Of a stretch of DNA of 64,000 bases, positions 38,615 through 46,909 are shown piece after piece. The notes below the pieces were generated by a model. That model made no database searches, was not told the DNA's origin, and saw nothing but the letters and a program-made list of their open reading frames with translations. The DNA is from Patescibacteria group bacterium (GTDB lineage: Bacteria; Patescibacteriota; Minisyncoccia; Phycocordibacterales; Zambryskibacteraceae). Every line of letters starts with the position of its first letter. The first letter of the stretch is position 1. Both the position numbers and the translations under genes were made by a program. The DNA lies in assembly GCA_038061835.1 (NCBI GenBank), contig JBBTYJ010000015.1, positions 3,907 to 67,906 of the forward strand. The letters run 5' to 3'.

Positions 38615-38863
38615 TTAAAGCCGTTTGATAATACGGGCCTTGCCGCCATACGGTTCAAGCTCAAGTAGCACTCTATCTCCCACTAAAACTCTAATACGAT
38701 GTAGACGCATTTTTCCGGAAAGATACGAGAGTATTTCTTTTGTTTCATTTGATTCCGCAGTGGAATCGGATTCTTCGTCCAATTTGACACGAAACATAAT
38801 ATTGGGCAGAGATTCGACGACAACTCCCGTTCTTTCTAAATTCGAAGCTTTGCTTTGCGACAT
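38615..38863 (-). CDS. infA: Translation initiation factor IF-1 with ~15-aa acidic insertion
   Basis: GVVVESLPNIMFRVKLD ... ILSYLSGKMRLHRIRVLVGDRVLLELEPY matches IF-1; DEESDSTAESNETKE inserted in the OB fold. Confidence 0.8.
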   Translation of the reverse strand: MSQSKASNLERTGVVVESLPNIMFRVKLDEESDSTAESNETKEILSYLSGKMRLHRIRVLVGDRVLLELEPYGGKARIIKRL

Positions 38864-38866
38864 ATA

Positions 38867-40198
38867 TTACCTAGCGGACAATTTTTTCAGAGATATATTG
38901 GCACCATCTTCAGGGAACGAACTGTTCCAAAAGGGTCTGATCGTGGCAGTGGCTTTTATAATAGTCGGATAGTTATTGAGAATAGAAGGAAGATCTCTTT
39001 TGCTTTTCCCAATTAAATCTGATTTGAGTGCCACTTCGTCTACACGCCATATTGCTATTGCTTCTCCTTGCACGGAAAATCTGATTTCGTCTGAAGGTAT
39101 TGAGTCTGTGGCAGTATTGTTGATGAAAGCAAAGCCGAGTGAATCAAGTTCAACAATATCGACTGACTCGCCAATTGCCAACATAATCTTATCCGCAACC
39201 AAGCGATTGGCCAAATCAACCTTTTTAAATATAATGCCGGACAAATCAGCGTGCATATTTATCATGACACTGTTTTCATTATCGGAATCAGTTTGAGGTA
39301 AATCCCAGAAAGTCACCGAGGAAAGAGAAGATAATAAAATGAAATCTTCCGGCACTTGCGCCTTGGCTTCAGAAATAAGCTCCTCTTTTAACAGTTTTTC
39401 AAGTTGAGATTTTGCCGCAACTTCGTCTTCATTCTTTATGGCTCTTTCCCCGGCAATAGCCCCACCGGACATATTGGTCTTGGAACGAGCATAAACAGAC
39501 GAGAAAAGCGACGTACCCTTAAGACCAGGAAGAATGAAATCAGTAAGACCGATGTTAAATTCTTTTCCTGGACGTTCCGCATACACCACAATTTCCAGAG
39601 TGCCTGGGTTTTCTTTGCCGCCAATCACCTTCTTTTCCGGCACGGTAATAGCATCGGGCACTTGATAAACTTGGCCGTCTGGAGTTTCAAAACGCGTTGT
39701 TGCCCTGAATCTTTGTTCCGTTACACTAGTGTTATAAATAATAATAGTTCCACTGGCTTTTTTCTCCTCGCTGGTTTCTCCAGACGCAGATACTTTCATG
39801 CCTCTTTCTCCGGAAAGTTTAACAACGCTAAAAAGAAGATTGTCTTCGCCGGCTTTATGCGCTGTGTACAAATCGCCATTGAAAGACACTGCTTGAGATT
39901 TTGGAACATAAGCTAAAGTGGCACCATTAAATATAGACATTATGGCAAACACGAGTATTAAAAGAGCTATACCGCCCGCGATCCACTTGCGTCTACCTCT
40001 ACCGCCGATATAAGGAGTTTCCTTCGGTGGAATATTAAAGTTCTCGCGCGGTGAACCATTAAATTGGTTAGTTTCTTTTGGTACAGGCGAAACACCATGC
40101 CTTTCAAATCTGCGGCGTCCTTCCGGGATAGGAATATCTCTAATGCTTCTTTTTCGATCTGAAACAATGATGTCTTCAATATGTTTCGGCATGCTCAA
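38867..40198 (-). CDS. Hypothetical membrane-anchored extracytoplasmic protein
   Basis: Basic cytoplasmic N-terminus, single TM (IAGGIALLILVFAIMSIF), ~340-aa extracellular region; no recognisable domain; 10 nt downstream of alaS fragment. Confidence 0.5.
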   Translation of the reverse strand: MSMPKHIEDIIVSDRKRSIRDIPIPEGRRRFERHGVSPVPKETNQFNGSPRENFNIPPKETPYIGGRGRRKWIAGGIALLILVFAIMSIFNGATLAYVPKSQAVSFNGDLYTAHKAGEDNLLFSVVKLSGERGMKVSASGETSEEKKASGTIIIYNTSVTEQRFRATTRFETPDGQVYQVPDAITVPEKKVIGGKENPGTLEIVVYAERPGKEFNIGLTDFILPGLKGTSLFSSVYARSKTNMSGGAIAGERAIKNEDEVAAKSQLEKLLKEELISEAKAQVPEDFILLSSLSSVTFWDLPQTDSDNENSVMINMHADLSGIIFKKVDLANRLVADKIMLAIGESVDIVELDSLGFAFINNTATDSIPSDEIRFSVQGEAIAIWRVDEVALKSDLIGKSKRDLPSILNNYPTIIKATATIRPFWNSSFPEDGANISLKKLSAR

Positions 40199-40207
40199 AA
40201 TTATAAC

Positions 40208-41503
40208 TTATTTTTTAAATTTATGCTCTCCACTAGAACGCGAGAGAGCTTGATGTTTTCTCATTTCCGCATCAAACACAGCACGATCAATAGACACACC
40301 CTTCTCTTTAGCAAGCTCCTCGGTTAATTCTATCGGGAAACCGTAACTTGTGAAGAGCACAAACGGGTCCACACCTTTATCAAATTGTTTGAGGCCTGAT
40401 TCCAAAGTGTTGCTAAATTTCTCGATTTCCGCCGAAATAATTTTTTTTGTTTCCGGATGAAAAATATAAAGTCCTTGATAACTATTGTGGTGAGTAACAA
40501 CGTCCACCGCAGCATTTATTATTTCGAGACTACTTCCTATTTTGTGCGCGTGAACATAGGCGCGACGAAGAAGTCGCCGTAGAATGTATCCTCTATCGGT
40601 ATTCGACGGCAAGACACCGTCATTTATTATAAACACCGAAGTGCGAATATGATCAGCAATAACTCGTTGGGAATGAGCGTTATCTGAATTCGATTTATCC
40701 AAAATCGCCATGATTGGCAGAAAGAGGTCGGTTTCAAAAATATTATTTTTATTTTGGAGAGCCATAGTTAAACGTTCCAGTCCCGCGCCTGTATCAACAT
40801 TTTTTTGTAAAAGTTTGTTTGTAATTTGACCGTTCTTTTTTTCATACTCCATGAACACATCGTTCCAAATTTCCACCACCTTCTGTTCCGTATCGGCTTT
40901 TTGATATTCCTCTTTAGTTAAATTTCCCAAACCATGAGGGGTGATGTCGTAGAACATCTCGGTATCGGGGCCACAAGGACCGTTTTCTCCCACACCCCAC
41001 CAATTAGATTTTGCTCCCATGAAAAAAATTCGGTTCTCCGGCACGTATTTCTGCCAAATTCTGAATGCTTCTTCGTCTTTAGGAGCATTCTTATCACCTT
41101 CAAATACCGTAATGTAAAGTCGTTTTGGATCAATGCCAAATCCTTTTTCCTTATCCGTCAATAACTCAAAACTCCATTGAATTGCGTCTTCTTTAAAATA
41201 ATCCCCCATAGACCAATTACCCAGCATTTCAAAAAAAGTATCGTGAGTATTGTCGCCAACTTCTTCAATATCTTGCGTACGTACACATTTCTGAATATTA
41301 ACCAAACGTTTACCCAGGGGATGTTTTTGTCCCATAAGATATGGCACCAGAGGTTGCATTCCCGCGGTGGTAAAAAGTACCGAAGAATCATTCTCCGGCA
41401 CAAGCGAAGCCGAAGGGATAACTTTATGTCCCCGCTTTTCAAAAAAGGCCAAGAATCGTCGTCGAATTTCTTCGGAGCGCATATCTGAAACAATATAACA
41501 CAA
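40208..41503 (-). CDS. alaS: Alanine--tRNA ligase N-terminal fragment (aminoacylation + tRNA-recognition domains only; no editing or C-Ala domain)
   Basis: EIRRRFLAFFEKRGHKVIPSASLVP, LFTTAGM, THDTFFEMLGNWSMGDYFK class-II AlaRS motifs; stops at 431 aa and the next gene is unrelated. Confidence 0.8.
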   Translation of the reverse strand: MCYIVSDMRSEEIRRRFLAFFEKRGHKVIPSASLVPENDSSVLFTTAGMQPLVPYLMGQKHPLGKRLVNIQKCVRTQDIEEVGDNTHDTFFEMLGNWSMGDYFKEDAIQWSFELLTDKEKGFGIDPKRLYITVFEGDKNAPKDEEAFRIWQKYVPENRIFFMGAKSNWWGVGENGPCGPDTEMFYDITPHGLGNLTKEEYQKADTEQKVVEIWNDVFMEYEKKNGQITNKLLQKNVDTGAGLERLTMALQNKNNIFETDLFLPIMAILDKSNSDNAHSQRVIADHIRTSVFIINDGVLPSNTDRGYILRRLLRRAYVHAHKIGSSLEIINAAVDVVTHHNSYQGLYIFHPETKKIISAEIEKFSNTLESGLKQFDKGVDPFVLFTSYGFPIELTEELAKEKGVSIDRAVFDAEMRKHQALSRSSGEHKFKK

Positions 41504-42112
41504 TTAGATTAGAGTCTTAAGTACCTTAAAATCTTCTTTAAGGGTATCGAGCAGATGCTGATTGTAAATTGCGGCAGCGGGGTGATAAAGAGGAATGAAT
41601 TTAAAGGTCAGACCTTGAGAATTTATATCTAAGGTCTGACCTTGGAAGACTTTGCCGTGTAATTTACTTATAGAATCCAGTTCCCATTCAAGACCATATC
41701 TCGTCATCACATATTGCATTGAGAATCGACCGAGCGTTGCTACCACTTTCGGTTTAATAATTTCAATCTGACGATCCAAAAACGGCGCATAGATTTCTAT
41801 CTCGTCGGGATACGGATCGCGATTACCTGGTGGACGATCTTTGACAATATTAGTCACGTACACATCCTTCCTGTCTATGCCAACAGAAGTTAAAAGTATG
41901 TCCAAGACCTTTCCTGCCCGCCCGCAAAACGGCTTGCCGGTCTTGGCTTCGTTTTCCCCTGGTGCCTCGCCGATAAACATTATGTCAGCTGAATGATTTC
42001 CTTCTCCTATTACCGGGAAATACTTGTTCTTTACTCGTTCGGCATAAAGCGGTGAGGCCACAAGACCAATAATCTCGTTCTTAATTTTTTTTAATTCTTC
42101 ATCACAATTCAT
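41504..42112 (-). CDS. Uracil-DNA glycosylase, family 4 type
   Basis: GEGNHSADIMFIGEAPG motif and 4Fe-4S-type Cys pattern; 202 aa. Confidence 0.8.
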   Translation of the reverse strand: MNCDEELKKIKNEIIGLVASPLYAERVKNKYFPVIGEGNHSADIMFIGEAPGENEAKTGKPFCGRAGKVLDILLTSVGIDRKDVYVTNIVKDRPPGNRDPYPDEIEIYAPFLDRQIEIIKPKVVATLGRFSMQYVMTRYGLEWELDSISKLHGKVFQGQTLDINSQGLTFKFIPLYHPAAAIYNQHLLDTLKEDFKVLKTLI

Positions 42113-42959
42113 TTATTTCGTTCATGACGGGTTCTGTATTAAAATTTTTGCCGAGAAATTCATTCAATAATTTTGGATTCTTTTTTATGTCTGAGCAAAG
42201 CACAGTTCTGTTTTCCAAAAGTGCTTTTTTGTCGTTGGTTGAGAGCGAAATCAGACAAGTGATCGGGTGAAGCGCCTCGCTTTCAATCATATCCTGCAGA
42301 CTTCCTTTTTCAGGATAATTCCACCCGATCATAGTCAGATTCTGACAGATTCCATAATGAATAGCAGTGCTTGAGAACTTGGTATTGGTCACAAGCCAAC
42401 AGCCAGTAATGTGCCGATTTGAAGCGCCATAATCAAAAACATTGTCGCGCAAATCATCAAATCTTGCCTTAATATAGAGAACTACTTTCAAATCGGATTT
42501 TGTACCCAGATCATTATGAAACTTTGCTTCAATCATTATTAGTTCTTTTTCGTTGTAAGCCACCACGTCAACTTCGTGCGCCACACATTCGCCAAGCACA
42601 GTTTGACGAGTCTGACATTTGTAACCCTTGGCTTCAAGCACTTTGGCAATAAAATCTTCAAACGGAAAACCTGACGGTCCGAGATCCATCACTGCTCGGC
42701 GGAGAGAATAACTTCTAGCAATCGGTTTGCTTATTTTCTGAAGTACAGAAAAGGCGTGTCTGTAAATATCGTTAGTAGTCATTTCGTTGTGAAGCTCTGG
42801 CCAGATATGCGACCTTACTTGTTCTACGGCTTCTTCCGTCGCGCCAGCATGAAAAAGAGAGGCCATGAGCTTCTCTTCATCAAAAATTTCCCGCTCCCCG
42901 TTCGCCTTGAGAACTGTTACTTGTTTGCTTAGTTGTGTCATTTCATCATTATACCTCAC
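42102..42959 (-). CDS. ATP-cone domain fused to PD-(D/E)xK restriction-endonuclease-like (Mrr_cat-type) domain
   Basis: N-terminal ATP-cone (VLKANGEREIFDEEKLMASLFHAG...), then FEDFIAKVLEAKGY...VDVVAY...IMIEAKFH (D...ExK); overlaps the UDG gene by 11 nt. Confidence 0.55.
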   Translation of the reverse strand: MRYNDEMTQLSKQVTVLKANGEREIFDEEKLMASLFHAGATEEAVEQVRSHIWPELHNEMTTNDIYRHAFSVLQKISKPIARSYSLRRAVMDLGPSGFPFEDFIAKVLEAKGYKCQTRQTVLGECVAHEVDVVAYNEKELIMIEAKFHNDLGTKSDLKVVLYIKARFDDLRDNVFDYGASNRHITGCWLVTNTKFSSTAIHYGICQNLTMIGWNYPEKGSLQDMIESEALHPITCLISLSTNDKKALLENRTVLCSDIKKNPKLLNEFLGKNFNTEPVMNEINEL

Positions 42960-43049
42960 AAAACTACTTCAATATTATCCATTAATACAAAAAGAAAGCC
43001 GCCCCAGAGAGAGGTCGGCTCCTTTGTGGCGGCAATGTTCGAGTGATAT

Positions 43050-43574
43050 TTATTTCGTCAAGTCGCGTGACCCGGTTTCCACGCCATCACGGAAATTATG
43101 ACCATCATCTGGCAGTTCACTCTGTTCACACCATCTTTCATGGATTATGAACTCGAGCGTACCCTGGACAACTTTAATACCGTTTTTTTCGAAGACCGGT
43201 TTGAGGAAATCAAATCCTTTGTCAATTATTGGATCAAGGAACACCCATGGCTTATGGGGATGGGCACGGAGGGCTTCCGAGATGCGTTCGGCGGCATTAT
43301 CAATGTTCGCAGTACAGCGAACCCAATCATGTTCATTGACAATGGAAAAAATTTCTAAGTCCTCATGTTCGGCAATATACTTGAGGACTTCATGCACGCT
43401 GGAGGTTGCTGCGGAAGCTAAAGTCCACCCCATATGCATACCCCTCAGTCCGCTTTTTAGAGACGACCGCCAAAAAATGTACCGACCGTCTTCCATTTGT
43501 CCATTTTCACAGACTCTATCGGAGAGGCCAAGCACCAGTACACGAGTGTATTTTTTTATTTCTGAATACCTCAT
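43050..43574 (-). CDS. Hypothetical protein (mildly GC-elevated), own promoter and SD
   Basis: TTAAGGAGG 6 nt upstream of ATG (MRYSEIKKY...); upstream TTTACA-N17-TATTATAAT; the track ORF start at 43667 is probably too long. Confidence 0.45.
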   Translation of the reverse strand: MRYSEIKKYTRVLVLGLSDRVCENGQMEDGRYIFWRSSLKSGLRGMHMGWTLASAATSSVHEVLKYIAEHEDLEIFSIVNEHDWVRCTANIDNAAERISEALRAHPHKPWVFLDPIIDKGFDFLKPVFEKNGIKVVQGTLEFIIHERWCEQSELPDDGHNFRDGVETGSRDLTK

Positions 43575-43669
43575 CACTAACCTCCTTAACAAATTAAGAG
43601 AAATTTGAACGACACATACAATTCTGGCATTATAATAGCATGTGGAAGACATTTTGTAAATGACCAAAT

Positions 43670-44830
43670 CTATTTGATTATACTATCCATCACTCCGCCG
43701 CCGAGACAAGCGCTTGCGCCATCCTTATCAAGATCGCCGTAAAACACTATTGATTGGCCTAGGGACAATCCGCGCACTGGTTCTCTAAACTCCACCTCCA
43801 CCCTGTCAAAAGCTAAGCTTTTGACAGTAACTGGGAGTTTGTTTCCGCGGTATCGTATTCGGGCAAATAGTTGTCGTGTTTTAAATTCATTGATCCAATT
43901 TACACCCTTAACCACAATTCGTGTCGGTGAATGTAATACCATCTCCAGCTCATTATTTGAAACAGTGAGAGTATTCGCCTTCATATCTTTGGATAAAATA
44001 TAAAACGCTCCTTCCTCCGGTGACCTCTTGGTGATTTCGAAACCGTGTCTTTCTCCTATGGTATAAAGCAAGGCGCCCTTGTGAGTACCGATGATATCGC
44101 CGCGAGTATTTAGTACCTTGCCCGGTTTGGTTTTAATAAAATGAGAAAGAAATTCATCCATCGATACATCGCCGATAAAACAAATCCCCTGACTATCTTT
44201 CTTCTCAGAAACCGGCAGATGATACCTACGGGCCAGTTTTCGCACTTCGCCTTTCTCTAAATCACCGATGGGAAAACATGTATGGGATAAATCATTTTGA
44301 TTGAGAGTCCAGAGAAAATAACTTTGATCCTTTCCTCTATCTTTCCCCTCTTTCAGCAAATATCGATACAGAGGTTTAACCTTTGTAGTCCCAAGGTTAA
44401 ACCTCTGTATTTGAGAATAGTGTCCGGTGGCAATAAAATCTGCCCCCATTTCTCGAGCCTTTTTCCAAAACGCGCCAAATTTAATTTCTCTGTTGCAAAG
44501 CACGTCTGGATTCGGTGTCCGGCCGACCTTGTATTCGGCCACCATCTTGTCCGCTACATCCTTTTTATACTCCTTTTCAAAATCAAAAAAGAGAAACGGG
44601 ATATCAAGCGCAATCGCCACTTTCATCGCATCGCGTCTCTCGTCTCTCCAATTGCAAGGCAAAAAATCCGGTTGCCAGACTTTTATAAATACACCCGTGA
44701 CGTTGTAACCGGCTTTCTTCAAAAGCGCGGCGCTGACCGCGGAATCCACACCTCCAGATAAACCTACAAAAATTTTACGATGAGAGGTATTTGGTAATGT
44801 TTTTTTTATGTTCATCGAAAGTCTTGGCAT
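43670..44830 (-). CDS. mnmA: tRNA-specific 2-thiouridylase MnmA
   Basis: PP-loop SGGVDS, catalytic Cys regions, DQSYFLWTL; carries an in-frame ~10-aa insertion encoded by a REP doublet. Confidence 0.85.
   Translation of the reverse strand: MPRLSMNIKKTLPNTSHRKIFVGLSGGVDSAVSAALLKKAGYNVTGVFIKVWQPDFLPCNWRDERRDAMKVAIALDIPFLFFDFEKEYKKDVADKMVAEYKVGRTPNPDVLCNREIKFGAFWKKAREMGADFIATGHYSQIQRFNLGTTKVKPLYRYLLKEGKDRGKDQSYFLWTLNQNDLSHTCFPIGDLEKGEVRKLARRYHLPVSEKKDSQGICFIGDVSMDEFLSHFIKTKPGKVLNTRGDIIGTHKGALLYTIGERHGFEITKRSPEEGAFYILSKDMKANTLTVSNNELEMVLHSPTRIVVKGVNWINEFKTRQLFARIRYRGNKLPVTVKSLAFDRVEVEFREPVRGLSLGQSIVFYGDLDKDGASACLGGGVMDSIIK
44368..44408. repeat. REP-like palindrome doublet inside mnmA coding sequence (ACAGAGGTTTAACC-13 nt-GGTTAAACCTCTGT)
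   Basis: Perfect 14-bp inverted repeat whose cores (GGTTTAACC / GGTTAAACC) match the REP copies flanking the RAYT gene. Confidence 0.65.
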
Positions 44831-45641
44831 AATGCATTTCCCCGTCCTTGCCTGTCAAGAAATACAGATATGGAGTTGGAGTTGGATGAATGGCCGCCTC
44901 AATCGAGACAAGACCGGGATTATTGATGGGACTTTTCGGCAAACCGACATACTTATAAGTGCCGATCTCCGAATCAACTTGCAAGGGCATACCCAGATCA
45001 AATCGTTTCCACAATATGTCGGAGGCCATTTCTCGATCTTCTTTAGTATCTGTTTCTGCTTCGAGAAGTGAGGCCATAATAATAATTTCTTCTAAGGTTC
45101 TGCCTGAAGATTTAATATCTGGCAAAATAGAAGAAATTTGACGAATAAAATTATCATTAAGCAGTTTAATGGTTGAGGATGCGGTTGCAGTGACGGGTAT
45201 AAAATAGGTATCCGGAAATAGATATCCTTCTGGGGCTGAAACTAGAAAACTCTCGCGATTAAAGGATTGGAATTTATTGTCAAAAAGCGAAGCAATCTTT
45301 GTGACAGTAAAACCTTCTGGAATAGTTAGTTTAACTGTCTTTACACCATACTTTCCGTGAAAAAATCTCCAAGCGATAAAAAAAACATTTTCAGGAGCAG
45401 ACATTAAATATTGACCGGCTTTCATATTGCGCCCGCCGCCAAGTATGATGGCAATCGTCCGAAACCAAAACGGGGAGCGGATTACTTTTTCCTCCTTTAA
45501 TTTTTCCGTCAAAGAGTAAAGTCCAATTCCTTCTGGAACAGTAATCATCGCGCCCGAAGGAAATGTAAACGGAGAAGTAGTAAAAAAAGAACCAATTACG
45601 AATAAAATGATACCAATAAAAGAAAGATATATTCTCAACAT
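44775..45641 (-). CDS. mltG: Endolytic murein transglycosylase MltG (YceG-like)
   Basis: N-terminal TM; YceG motifs incl. YKYVGLPKSPINNPG; 288 aa. Confidence 0.8.
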   Translation of the reverse strand: MLRIYLSFIGIILFVIGSFFTTSPFTFPSGAMITVPEGIGLYSLTEKLKEEKVIRSPFWFRTIAIILGGGRNMKAGQYLMSAPENVFFIAWRFFHGKYGVKTVKLTIPEGFTVTKIASLFDNKFQSFNRESFLVSAPEGYLFPDTYFIPVTATASSTIKLLNDNFIRQISSILPDIKSSGRTLEEIIIMASLLEAETDTKEDREMASDILWKRFDLGMPLQVDSEIGTYKYVGLPKSPINNPGLVSIEAAIHPTPTPYLYFLTGKDGEMHYAKTFDEHKKNITKYLSS

Positions 45642-46888
45642 TAGACGGGTAGATTTGCCGGCGCTTCCGTTTTCTTCGACTCCACGCGTATGAGGGTCGG
45701 GGTTGTAACAGTAGCTCCGGGAAAATGAAAGATTGTGGCCAATTCTTCGACTGTTAAGACGTACGGTTTACCAAAAACATTTTTAAACGGCGGATTAAAG
45801 ACCGAGCGTCTCTTGTATGCCTCAAGTAATGTCCTTTGTCTGTATTTTCTTTTTATATCAAAAACGTCTTCCCAGGGATACACGATGCCGGGAAGAAATT
45901 TGTGCGGCCGAATATGGTTTAAAAATGTTCTCGAACCCAACTGGCGCATAGCGCCAATAATTCCGACTGTCCTGCGAACTGCTATTGTTTTGGGGGCGAT
46001 ATAGACCATTCTAAACATGGCATCAAACGCCAATTTGGCCGCATTTCGTTCGATAGAATCGATTGTATCACTTTGAGTTTTAGTGAGATTAAAAAGACTA
46101 TTGGGTTTACCCTTTTCTGTTTCAATAAAACTTTCTTTTTTAATGAACTTGTCTATTTCTTCCTTGATATTTTCCTTCCAATCGGGTTTGGTAAATAATC
46201 GAACATCTTCAAAACCCTCTTTACGATGACCTTGGATCAAAATTTGGATCCATTGATTCTCTCCCGGTTTAAGAGTCCCCAAATATTCTAGAATGGGAGC
46301 GATTGGGTCAATTATTTCTGTCTGTTCTTTGCCTGTCTTATCAAGCCCAAAATCAATATATGTTTTGATTGGATAGATATCTGGTTTGTGCAATCGAGTC
46401 GTTATGCCGGATAGATTCATTGTTTTAGGATCAAAGATAATTTTTGTGGCATAATCTTCCACTTCCACAACCTCGGCGCCGGGATAATGAGTATAAATTC
46501 TAGATTCAATTATGCGTTTCCATTTGGGAAACGCCCAGATAAAAAATTTTACTTGCCCACCAATCGATACTATTTCAAGAGAAAAAACGTCTCTTACCGC
46601 ACCCTCAAAATAAACCTCTGTCAATGTGCCTATGACATCTTCCCAGATACCATCAAGCACCATTTCCATGGCTGCTGGCGACTTTTCGGTATTTTTAGGA
46701 ATTTTTATTTCCAGAAGAATACTGCCAGTTTTTTTCAACCATTCGCGCCTTTTGTAATTGATCCAAGTGTGCATAAACAGCCACAGTAGAAACACCGGCA
46801 ACCAAATGGGCCAAGTGGCAGATACAATCCGCCAAACCTCCCGATAAAAATCAGTTTGAAAAAGGGCGAGAAAGTCACTAATAATCAT
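45641..46888 (-). CDS. Hypothetical protein with N-terminal TM segment
   Basis: No recognisable domain; abuts the mltG start. Confidence 0.45.
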   Translation of the reverse strand: MIISDFLALFQTDFYREVWRIVSATWPIWLPVFLLWLFMHTWINYKRREWLKKTGSILLEIKIPKNTEKSPAAMEMVLDGIWEDVIGTLTEVYFEGAVRDVFSLEIVSIGGQVKFFIWAFPKWKRIIESRIYTHYPGAEVVEVEDYATKIIFDPKTMNLSGITTRLHKPDIYPIKTYIDFGLDKTGKEQTEIIDPIAPILEYLGTLKPGENQWIQILIQGHRKEGFEDVRLFTKPDWKENIKEEIDKFIKKESFIETEKGKPNSLFNLTKTQSDTIDSIERNAAKLAFDAMFRMVYIAPKTIAVRRTVGIIGAMRQLGSRTFLNHIRPHKFLPGIVYPWEDVFDIKRKYRQRTLLEAYKRRSVFNPPFKNVFGKPYVLTVEELATIFHFPGATVTTPTLIRVESKKTEAPANLPV

Positions 46889-46909
46889 GCTCTTAATTCT
46901 ACACGGAAC

